A stretch of DNA of 64,000 bases, from IMG/VR virus record IMGVR_UViG_3300023199_000051, positions 114,165 to 178,164 of that record, one strand, 5' to 3'. The position numbers and the translations under genes were made by a program. The DNA comes from a virus. Below the pieces are notes generated by a model. It saw only the letters and a list, made by a program, of their open reading frames with translations, did no database searches and was not told the origin of the DNA. Of this stretch, positions 56,041 through 64,000 are shown one piece after another. Position 1 is the stretch's first letter; each line of letters begins with the position of its first letter.

Positions 56041-56862
56041 ATGCTTCCCGGCGAGACCAAGACCCCGTTCGAATATGCACAGGAGGTGCATGCCGCTGCC
56101 AAGGCGTATGGGATCGACGAGCTGGGAGACGTGCGCCGGCATCGGAGAGGGGCCGCCATCCAGCATGGCTACAGCTTCCTGGACTTCCGGGATGATGGCG
56201 TCCACGGGCGAGAGGAAGGCCACGGTGAAGTGTGGGAGCGTCCCCTTTACCTGCCCTACGACCACCACAACCTGATTGGTCGATGCCTGGAGGTGCTGTC
56301 TACGGGCCGCACCGTGGAGTGCGGTAAGGGTGTCGGCTTGCGGGCCATCACCGAGGGCTACGTGCATTTTCAGAGTGTTGGCTACCCCCTTCAGCACCTG
56401 GCGGGGATTGTGGAGGGTAGTGGCGACCTCGCCTGGAACGTCAATCCGGACTACCAGCGGGGGCATGTGTGGACCGACCGGCAGCGCGTGCTCTTCATGG
56501 GTCACCTGCTGGAGAACGGCCGCATGCCGCTCATCTTCCTGCAGGATTGGGGCTTCGGGGTCGACAAGCCGTACGAGGTCATCGACGGGAAGCAGCGCCT
56601 CACGACATGCCTGATGTTCGTGAAGGGTGAGATCCCAGCCCGGCTGTCCGACGGCCGTGACCTCTGGTACCCCAACTTCAACGAGGTCGACCGGCGCGTG
56701 TGCCCCTCCATCAAGTGTGGGCTGGTGAGGCTCCCTGACCGGGCTGCCGTGCTCCGCTTCTACATCAAGCTCAACCGCGGCGGAACTATCCACAGCGATG
56801 ACGAGATCCGGCGCGTGCGCCAGCTCCTACGGGAGGAAGAGACCTCGAAAGCTGCCGTATAA
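56041..56862 (+). CDS. Standalone DUF262 (ParB-like, GmrSD N-terminal) domain protein
   Basis: PDYQRGHVW, EVIDGKQRLTT, FYIKLNRGGT. Confidence 0.85.
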   Translation: MLPGETKTPFEYAQEVHAAAKAYGIDELGDVRRHRRGAAIQHGYSFLDFRDDGVHGREEGHGEVWERPLYLPYDHHNLIGRCLEVLSTGRTVECGKGVGLRAITEGYVHFQSVGYPLQHLAGIVEGSGDLAWNVNPDYQRGHVWTDRQRVLFMGHLLENGRMPLIFLQDWGFGVDKPYEVIDGKQRLTTCLMFVKGEIPARLSDGRDLWYPNFNEVDRRVCPSIKCGLVRLPDRAAVLRFYIKLNRGGTIHSDDEIRRVRQLLREEETSKAAV

Positions 56863-56879
56863 TCACCCGGAGGACTGAC

Positions 56880-57809
56880 ATGATCTGGACATTGCTGATG
56901 ACCCTGGCCGCGTGGAGTGCGCCCTGTGCCGAGACCTACTCAGACCGGGCGCTGAACGCTGAGCTGCTCTCGCTTGATGAATCGCTGGAGCTGGGGGATC
57001 TCCTCTCGGCTACAGTCATCGCGGAGGAGGTGCACGATCACATGCTGTGTATGGAAACCGTCGCGAGTCCAGTGGCCATGGCCCGGTATGCGAGGCAGCA
57101 AGCACTCATCCACTTCTACCGCCAGGATGAGCTGGAGCTGGCGCGCTGGGGCCAGGTGGTCGAGTACACCTGGCCGTCCCTGCCCTGGTCGAGCAGCTTC
57201 GGCGCGACCCACCCCTTCCGGGTGATGATCGAGGAGGCCGAGCCACACATCGGAGGTAGCGGCAGACCTCTTGCAGCTCCACGAGGGGGTGCTGTCTTCT
57301 GGAATGGGCGCCATCTCACTCGGGGTGACGCTCCGACTGAAGTGCCAGCACTCATCCAGGTAGCCGTGCGCGGCCACGTCATCGAGAGCTGGTGGCAGGA
57401 CGGGGCGATGTTCCCAGACGCGGCTGTGGGTGATCAGGTGCCATCGACGCCGAAGTGGGCAGCGGACCACGCGGAGCTACCACCGGGCTGGCAGCTCGCC
57501 ATCCTGGGGCGTGTCTGGCAGGACACCTACTGGGAGACCTCCGAGGTTGCGCACGCTGCTGCAGCTCTCGGGTACAACCTCGAAGCCTACGACGCAGAGC
57601 ACCTGTGGAATGCATGGGCCCGAGACCAGGTAGCTCACGGCTACTCACCAGCAGCCTACTACCTCGCCTTCGACGGCACGATTCCCGAGCGCCACATCGA
57701 CCGGGCACGGCGGAACCTGGCCCGAGGTCGGGCTTCGGGCTTTCTGAGCCTGACGGCTCAGCGCCACGCAAGAGACGGGAACTTCACCGAGGAGCACATC
57801 AATGAGTAG
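56880..57809 (+). CDS. Hypothetical exported protein
   Basis: Signal-like MIWTLLMTLAAWSA; GGAGG RBS. Confidence 0.55.
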   Translation: MIWTLLMTLAAWSAPCAETYSDRALNAELLSLDESLELGDLLSATVIAEEVHDHMLCMETVASPVAMARYARQQALIHFYRQDELELARWGQVVEYTWPSLPWSSSFGATHPFRVMIEEAEPHIGGSGRPLAAPRGGAVFWNGRHLTRGDAPTEVPALIQVAVRGHVIESWWQDGAMFPDAAVGDQVPSTPKWAADHAELPPGWQLAILGRVWQDTYWETSEVAHAAAALGYNLEAYDAEHLWNAWARDQVAHGYSPAAYYLAFDGTIPERHIDRARRNLARGRASGFLSLTAQRHARDGNFTEEHINE

Positions 57810-60270
57810 CAAAGACCAACGGGTAGCAGGATTCGATTCGTTTCTGTTCGGTGAGCAAGGCCGGGAAGCTGTGCCAGCCCAGGATCCCGCCATGTCCGAT
57901 CAGGATCTGCGGGGCAATGCAGCTGTACAGGAGGAGATGCTCTCCACGACCAGTGGCGGTGACGATGATTCCTTCGACCCCTTCAACGAAGATCCGGAAG
58001 AGGTGGGAAGCTACACCCGCCGCGGAGAGCGCGAGGCCGAGGGCTACGAAGCTGGCGATTCTGGCGCCGAGGGCGAGGCCACAGCCACGCTGTACAATGA
58101 CGGTGCCGGGGTCAGCGGATCGGGGGTGGCGGCTGCAGACTCCGACAACGGTGAGGGGATGACGGCGGCGGGTTCCCTGTCTCTGGGCGGAGGCCTCACC
58201 GCTCGGGCCACGCATGAAACCCTCGACGACGGCCGGGTTTGCGTCGCGGTGCTGGTGACGGCAGAAGCCTCGATCGGAGGTGAGACGAGCTTCGCGCAGG
58301 ACGACCAGGGAGGCACCAAGACCGCGTTCGGAGGCGGCATCGGAGCGTCAGGTTCGGCGTCGGCAGAGTGGGAATCCGTCGACATCCTCAGCGCTGAGGA
58401 AGCACGGGGTGTCCTCGGCGCATGGGCCGGCGGTGACGCTGCACGAGCTGTAGCAGCGCTGCCAAGCCTGGCCAGCATCGTCAACACTGCCGCCCAGGGG
58501 GATGGCTCTGGTGTCTGTAGTGAAGGGATGCAGCCCGGCGAGCAGCGCCGGGCGAAGACAGCCATCGAAGGCGAGCTGTGCCTCTCCGGGGCCTGGTCCA
58601 AGTTTGCCGTGGAGGGCGCTGCTGGAAGTAGCGGAGAGCAGGAAGGCATCATCGAGGCCCGCGCAGACGGCACGCTCCGGGTGACGCGTTCATTCGCAGG
58701 CACGACGACGCTGTCTGCTGCCGGAAACATCGATCTCGGTGACCTGCAGCTGTCAGCTGGCCGCGCCCAGGAGGTGCAGGCCGGCTACACAGCTGTGTTC
58801 CTCTTCGACGCCAGTGAGAGTAGCAAGGCAGACGCTGTGCTCTCGCTGCAGACGCGTGAGCAGCTGGAGCGCACCGCTACAGACTCACCGGCTGTCATCC
58901 GACACGAGATTCACGACGCTGTGAAGACGTCAAACCAGCAGGGAATCGGCGGCATGGGGCTCGACGCTGAGTGGTCCGGCAGCTCCGAGCGCGACGACTC
59001 CATCGCCCTGGGCATCGACGGTATGGAAGGCACCACGGTCTCTGGAGCGAGCACTGACGGCTTCACCATCAGCCGTGAGGGCGACACGGTCCTCGGGATG
59101 GAAGACGAGACATCCATGTCGATGGAAGTTGGAGACGGGGGCCGGTTCAGTGCTGCGCGGACCGAGACGTCGCTCGGCGCTGGACTCCCGAGTCTGGACG
59201 CCGTCAAGAAGTTGTCGTGGCCGACAGCCTTCAAGAGCGCCTTCGTGTACGCCCGCAAGCGCCTGTTCGCGGTGAAGCTCACTGACAGCGACCTGTCCGA
59301 AGTGTTGACCGACCGCGTCATGGATGTCGCCTCCTGGGATGCCTGTGCCCGATACCCGCGAGTCCGGCTCAAGTGGAAGCTCACAGGTGATGCCATGCGA
59401 GCGGCCGTTCCCCCCGAGGCCTGGGTGGCGGCAGACGCAACCGCAGCGCTGCTCACCTGCCGTATGCAGCACCTTGCGGACTTCGTCGCTGGGGAGGACC
59501 GAGCTGCACACGTCATCGACAACTTGCTGACGCGCTTCGGAGAGGGCCAGGTCGACGATGCCGGCCAGGATGCCGAGCGTCCAGCCCTCGGCACCGCCGA
59601 CTACTGGCCGAGTGGCACCGAAGACCTCGAAGAGTCGGTGACAGCGCTTCGTGAGCGCTTGGCGACTGCGCCTGACGAGTTCGCCACCTTTCAAGCCGCC
59701 GACGACCAGGAGGCAGGCCGGGACCTCATGCGTGCGCTACGCACGGACGTCGGGCTCGTGGTGCGGCGTGTTGGAAGGGCCGACACCGAAGACGCCAGGT
59801 GGAAGACCATGCTCATCCAGGAGTTGGAGCAGGGGTGGTCCGATGCGAGCTGGCAGTTCGCCTCCCTCGAAGCTCATGGCACGTGCAGTACGGAGGAGGG
59901 CGACAGCGGCGTGGGAGGTGCAACCGAAGCGCTGAACCAAGGGCGCCAGGAGGAAGCGTTCAGCCTCCTCAGCTCGATGGAAGCTCTGCACAACACCGAG
60001 CAGGGTGTGCTGACCACGTACAGCGGCACCTCGGGTCAGAGGGCAGCCACCGCGTTCCTGACAGAGCTGAAGGGTGCCTACGATGCCTGGACGGTGATGC
60101 TGGAGCGTCTGCGCGGCATCAAGGGTGCCGACTACCTCCCGGCCACGGTGCCGGACTTCGACGAAGCAGCTGAGCTGTACTGCAAGGTGCAGCCCGGCAG
60201 TGAGTTCATCAACCGGACCGGCTTCTACGAGACATTCGGCCGTGTCCACAGCACATGGAGTGCCCCGTGA
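57802..60270 (+). CDS. Large hypothetical protein (822 aa), Gly/Ser/Ala-rich beta-like N-half
   Basis: Long ORF; RGNAAVQEEM near N-terminus. Confidence 0.6.
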   Translation: MSSKDQRVAGFDSFLFGEQGREAVPAQDPAMSDQDLRGNAAVQEEMLSTTSGGDDDSFDPFNEDPEEVGSYTRRGEREAEGYEAGDSGAEGEATATLYNDGAGVSGSGVAAADSDNGEGMTAAGSLSLGGGLTARATHETLDDGRVCVAVLVTAEASIGGETSFAQDDQGGTKTAFGGGIGASGSASAEWESVDILSAEEARGVLGAWAGGDAARAVAALPSLASIVNTAAQGDGSGVCSEGMQPGEQRRAKTAIEGELCLSGAWSKFAVEGAAGSSGEQEGIIEARADGTLRVTRSFAGTTTLSAAGNIDLGDLQLSAGRAQEVQAGYTAVFLFDASESSKADAVLSLQTREQLERTATDSPAVIRHEIHDAVKTSNQQGIGGMGLDAEWSGSSERDDSIALGIDGMEGTTVSGASTDGFTISREGDTVLGMEDETSMSMEVGDGGRFSAARTETSLGAGLPSLDAVKKLSWPTAFKSAFVYARKRLFAVKLTDSDLSEVLTDRVMDVASWDACARYPRVRLKWKLTGDAMRAAVPPEAWVAADATAALLTCRMQHLADFVAGEDRAAHVIDNLLTRFGEGQVDDAGQDAERPALGTADYWPSGTEDLEESVTALRERLATAPDEFATFQAADDQEAGRDLMRALRTDVGLVVRRVGRADTEDARWKTMLIQELEQGWSDASWQFASLEAHGTCSTEEGDSGVGGATEALNQGRQEEAFSLLSSMEALHNTEQGVLTTYSGTSGQRAATAFLTELKGAYDAWTVMLERLRGIKGADYLPATVPDFDEAAELYCKVQPGSEFINRTGFYETFGRVHSTWSAP

Positions 60271-60758
60271 TTTCCCTCCTTCTTCTCCTTGCTTGCAGCA
60301 CGCCGGCTACGTTCGATGGTGGCGAGATCACCGTGCAGCCCCCCGCAGACGCTGAGTGCTCGGTGCAGCCTTTTGCTCACCACGGCGACCCCGGCCTGCT
60401 CTCCATGACGTGGATTGCCCTGTACGACGGTGAGGTAGGCTCGCAGGTGCTGTGCGGGACCGAGACGGCCGCCTACACAGCCGGGATCGTCGACGGCGCC
60501 GATCTGACCATCCCAGCAGCTCGCTTCTCGGCGGCGCAGCAGCTGTATACCTCGGTGCCCCTGGCTGCAGGTGAGCCTGTATCGGAGGGCTCCCAAGAAA
60601 CGCAGGACTTCACCGTGGCGTCGGCATCTCACCGCCGCGTGGTGTGGATGGAGCGGCACGGCAACCAGCTCCGCTTCGCGGCCTACAACAGCGCCGCTGA
60701 TACCTTCGACGCAGCTACTTTCACCGCGTGGCGTTCTGCTGTGGAGTTCAACCGGTGA
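60267..60758 (+). CDS. Putative lipoprotein
   Basis: VISLLLLLAC lipobox. Confidence 0.55.
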   Translation: MISLLLLLACSTPATFDGGEITVQPPADAECSVQPFAHHGDPGLLSMTWIALYDGEVGSQVLCGTETAAYTAGIVDGADLTIPAARFSAAQQLYTSVPLAAGEPVSEGSQETQDFTVASASHRRVVWMERHGNQLRFAAYNSAADTFDAATFTAWRSAVEFNR

Positions 60759-61297
60759 GGATCCTGTTTCTGGGCATCGACGGTGTCCTCTGCACAGGCG
60801 ATCACCTGGCTGCTCTGTCCCAAGGGGCTGCTGTGATCCCCACCGAGGCGACGCGAAGACTTGAACCACGGCTGCAGAGAGCGTGCACGAAGATCAGCGC
60901 CCCAGCTGTGGAGCGCCTCAATAGCATCCTGGTCGCCATGGCCCGAGGCGGTAAAGAAGTGAGTGTTGCGATCAGCTCGACCTGGCGCTTGGATTATTCG
61001 CGGAAGGAGCTAGACACCATCCTCCACGCCCGCGGGATGCTGCCAAGTGTGAAAGTACGGGACTGCACCCCACATCTCCGAGGTGAGATGGCGCCAGAGG
61101 ACTACCACCGGGGGGCGGAGATCTGGCGCTGGCTCGAAACCGTGGAACCTGACTTGCCGCTCTACAACATCGTCATCCTCGACGATGGCGGTGACATGGG
61201 GCGCCTGAAGAGGCGCCTCGTACAGACCACCTTCAAGACAGGTCTGCTCAATGAGCATGTCGAGCAGGCACGCGGCATGTACGCGGGGAGGGGTTGA
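60755..61297 (+). CDS. HAD-superfamily (HAD_SAK_2-like) protein, catalytic Asp replaced
   Basis: ILFLGIDGVL, ISSTWR, VILDD. Confidence 0.75.
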   Translation: MRILFLGIDGVLCTGDHLAALSQGAAVIPTEATRRLEPRLQRACTKISAPAVERLNSILVAMARGGKEVSVAISSTWRLDYSRKELDTILHARGMLPSVKVRDCTPHLRGEMAPEDYHRGAEIWRWLETVEPDLPLYNIVILDDGGDMGRLKRRLVQTTFKTGLLNEHVEQARGMYAGRG

Positions 61298-61647
61298 TGG
61301 CAAAGGGCAACGCATCGCCGAGAACGAGGATCAGAGGCTCATGGAGTGCCTTCCTGTCACCGACCGAGTGGCGGGAAGCGCTGCGCAAGATGAGGGACTA
61401 CATCGACGGTGGTGCCGAGCTGGCTATCGACACAAGCGAGGGAGACAGGCACGTCTCCTGGGGAGTTCTGTGCACATCCGACGAGACGATGCAGCCACCC
61501 AAGCACCCTAGCAAGGGGCAACAGTGCCCCTTCGACCAGGGCCAGACGGGGTGGCCGTGGGGCTGCCGCCACCGATGTGGCGCCCGGCTCGACATGGCCC
61601 CTGATGACGCCGTGGCGGCCTACGATCAGGCAGTGCGGCGGATGTAG
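61297..61647 (+). CDS. Hypothetical Cys-rich protein
   Basis: TGATG coupling. Confidence 0.45.
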   Translation: MAKGNASPRTRIRGSWSAFLSPTEWREALRKMRDYIDGGAELAIDTSEGDRHVSWGVLCTSDETMQPPKHPSKGQQCPFDQGQTGWPWGCRHRCGARLDMAPDDAVAAYDQAVRRM

Positions 61648-61708
61648 TCTAAGGGACACTGCACGAAAATCAAGGTTCAAGGTGCATTATAGGCTGTTTG
61701 TGGTCAAA

Positions 61709-61729
61709 TGTACCACAGCAGGCTACATT
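61709..61729 (+). promoter_or_regulatory. Conserved promoter/operator motif
   Basis: TGTACCACAGCAGGCTACATT; TGGTCA -35 at 17-nt spacing. Confidence 0.72.
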
Positions 61730-61776
61730 GTTGGTGTCAGCGGGGAAGCACCCCATCGACCAAACGGAGACACACC

Positions 61777-62564
61777 ATGACGACAGCGACCCTCACCGAG
61801 CAGATCACCAGTCGCCTCAAGGCGGGCCAGACTCCGCTGGCAGCCGCCGAGGCCCTGGGCCTCGACTACGAGGACGCGGTCCTCCTCCCCGGCTGGCACG
61901 CCAGCGACGGCAACGCCGACGTGTACTACCCTGACGCGGAGTCGGGGGAGGCCGCGGCCAATCAGTACGTGGGGGACGGTGACTGGGCCTCCGCCACGAA
62001 GACCTGGTGGTGCATCGTCAGCACCTGGAGGACGGCCCTCCTGCTGGAGGACGGCGAGATCATCGAAGACCGCATCTACGAGGACAGCTGCGGCATCGCC
62101 GTCGAGCCTGACGAGCCCAGCTGCATCGACGACGGCGAGCACGCCTGGAGGGCCCCTCACAGCATCGTGGGCGGCCTCACGGACAACCCCGGTGTCTGGG
62201 GCCACGGCGGTGGTGTCGTGTGTGAAGAGGTCTGCGTGAGCTGTGGCTGTGGCCGTACCACGGACACCTGGGCGCAGGCGGGCGGCATCCAGGGCCTGGA
62301 GTCCGTCGAGTACACCGCCGAGAAGTACGACATCGAGGCCGAGCTGAACCGACGAGCGGAGGCGGGCGACTACGACACCGAGATCGTTGCCGTGGGCAAT
62401 GAGCGCATCTCGCTCATCAAGGGCTCGTGGGGCTGGGGGGCGTCGAGTACCGCTCGGAGGCCGACCCCGAGACGTCGTATATCGACTGGTACCGCAACAA
62501 GGAGGATGCTCGCCTCGCTGCCTCCGACGCGGCTGAGGAAGCCGTGGACGGCGCAGCCGCCTAA
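61777..62564 (+). CDS. Hypothetical protein with apparent frameshift at G6 run (62435-62440)
   Basis: After the G run a shifted frame reads GVEYRSEADPETSYIDWYRNK...AAA*; the unshifted frame reads through into the next gene. Confidence 0.5.
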
Positions 62565-62640
62565 GTCGGGATCTGGAGAGCTGGGGGCCTCGCCCGGCGC
62601 GCACCACGGGGCACACTTTCCACACCACAGGAGACCCATC

Positions 62641-63318
62641 ATGACCACGACCGCCACCGAGATCACCATCCGCGACCTCGCCACCGCCTCGGCGAGCGGC
62701 AGCCGTAACTGGCTGCTCCTCGACCCCCGCGTTCCCTCAATCTCGGTTTTCTCGGTGGTCGGCGCCGGGCAGCCGATCAGTCAGTACCGAGGAATCACCG
62801 TCGCCCTGGGCAACATCCCGAGCAGCGTCGTGGAGGACAGCCTCCGCGAGTGGCTGGAGGCCGAGGCGCAGCAGGAGGCGATGGCGGCGATCGTCGCTGC
62901 GTACCAGGGCGCGGATCGGACTGCCCACGGCCAGGTATACGGCGCCTGGGACCCGATCGTGTATGACTGGATCTCCGACTTTCGCGAGACCCTGCTCGTC
63001 GCCCTGCAGGGCGAGATCGCCCGGCGCTGGGACGCCGGCGAGTGGGTTGATCCCGCAGCCGACGAGGTCGTCGCCGAGTGGCTGGACGCCGGACCGGAGG
63101 GCGAGACCGACTACGTCCGCGCGGAGATTGAGCGGGCAGCGTCTGACGGCGTGGTGCTCGACTCGAAAAACCTGCGTGGCGCACTCCGCTACGCCGCAGA
63201 GCAGATGCTAGTGGACCTCACCGACGAGGACGATGAACAACTCGACGAGGACCAGGTGCAGATGCGATCCGCACTCGCGGATCGCCTCGCCCGGCGCGCA
63301 CCACGGAGTCGATCATGA
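62641..63318 (+). CDS. Hypothetical protein
   Basis: Own RBS CAGGAG; in frame with 61777. Confidence 0.6.
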   Translation: MTTTATEITIRDLATASASGSRNWLLLDPRVPSISVFSVVGAGQPISQYRGITVALGNIPSSVVEDSLREWLEAEAQQEAMAAIVAAYQGADRTAHGQVYGAWDPIVYDWISDFRETLLVALQGEIARRWDAGEWVDPAADEVVAEWLDAGPEGETDYVRAEIERAASDGVVLDSKNLRGALRYAAEQMLVDLTDEDDEQLDEDQVQMRSALADRLARRAPRSRS

Positions 63319-63545
63319 GCGCCGACATCATCAACCTGGTAGCCGTCACCTCGTTGGAGGCCGACGGCCGTGCGATCGCAGAGATCGAGTCCATGCCCGG
63401 CTGTCTCCGATACGGGTCCACGCGCGACAAGGCACGCCGAGGTGCTGTCGCCCTGGCACTGTCGGTGATCGCCGACGAGGTGCGGGACGGGACGCGGGAC
63501 ATGCCGCTCACCATCCACGTCGGTCGCATGCCGGAGACGACATGA
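63315..63545 (+). CDS. HicB-like antitoxin (N-terminal domain only)
   Basis: EADGRAIAEIESMPGCLRYGSTRDKA...ALALSVIAD. Confidence 0.75.
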   Translation: MSADIINLVAVTSLEADGRAIAEIESMPGCLRYGSTRDKARRGAVALALSVIADEVRDGTRDMPLTIHVGRMPETT

Positions 63546-64000
63546 AGTCGATCCCCGAGCACCTGACCGCGTATCCTTGGTACGCCGCGCACCAAGCGTG
63601 GCTGCGAGAGCGCGGCCTCGCGTCGCGGCACGATCCCGGTGAGGCCATGCCGGAGAGGGCCGACCTGGCCGTCGCCGACCTGCGCTACGCCGACCTGCGC
63701 GACGCCGTCCTGCGCGACGCCAACCTGCGCGGCGCCGACCTGCACGGCGCCAACCTGCACGGCGCCAACCTGTACGACGCCGACCTGCGCTACGCCGACC
63801 TGCACGGCGCCAACCTGCACAATGCCGACCTGGGCGGCGCCCACCTGTACGGTGCCGACCTGACCGGGGCCCACCTGGCCGTCGCCGACCTGCGCTACGC
63901 CGTCCTGCGCGACGCCAACCTGCGCGGCGCCGACCTGCACGGCGCCAACCTGCACGGCGCCAACCTGTACGACGCCGACCTGCGCTACGCCGACCTGCAC
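63542..64000 (+). CDS. Pentapeptide repeat protein (3' partial)
   Basis: ATGA overlap; A(D/N)LxG/Y repeats running to the window end; absent from the ORF track because it has no stop. Confidence 0.9.
   Translation, partial: MKSIPEHLTAYPWYAAHQAWLRERGLASRHDPGEAMPERADLAVADLRYADLRDAVLRDANLRGADLHGANLHGANLYDADLRYADLHGANLHNADLGGAHLYGADLTGAHLAVADLRYAVLRDANLRGADLHGANLHGANLYDADLRYADLH

Noticed and set aside
1-64000. tRNA/rRNA genes and Rho-independent terminators
   Set aside because: No cloverleaf or T-loop consensus seen, and no hairpin with a clear U-tract that I could support.

Overview
64 kb of a large, GC-rich bacteriophage (or phage-like element) genome. Almost every credible gene is on the + strand, and no virion structural genes, integrase, rRNA or tRNA were recognised. 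A MopE-like-repeat lipoprotein and 37-nt GTCGC...TTG(G/A)AG(C/G) CRISPR repeats suggest a Myxococcota/deltaproteobacterial host (inference). The left half (1-34 kb) is a replication/recombination module. It holds an intein-containing SNF2 helicase (partial), a RecD/Dda-like helicase, two DNA methyltransferases, a PD-(D/E)XK exonuclease + Sak4-like ATPase + SSB-like trio, a UDG-DNA polymerase A fusion with two inteins, an HNH endonuclease, a Rad50/SbcC-like ATPase and a 1662-aa UvrD-like helicase. The centre (36-49 kb) is the main result: a phage-borne type I-C variant CRISPR-Cas system. It has cas5-cas8c(+internal cas11)-cas7 followed by a ResIII-like SF2 helicase with no HD nuclease, and no cas1/cas2/cas3 in the window. 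It has two arrays with duplicated, structured, boxA-like leaders. One spacer translates to the ComM/YifB signature (PKKRVVVNLAPA), suggesting a host-gene target, and another spacer carries an anti-repeat. A 21-bp promoter/operator motif (TGT-N13-ACA overlapping a -10 box) precedes array 1, the cas operon and six other transcription units. A five-hairpin candidate ncRNA lies just upstream of array 1. The right half is small accessory genes (alphaCTD-like, DUF2786, DUF262, HAD, HicB-like, pentapeptide repeat). All assignments come from reading motifs by eye; no database searches were run.
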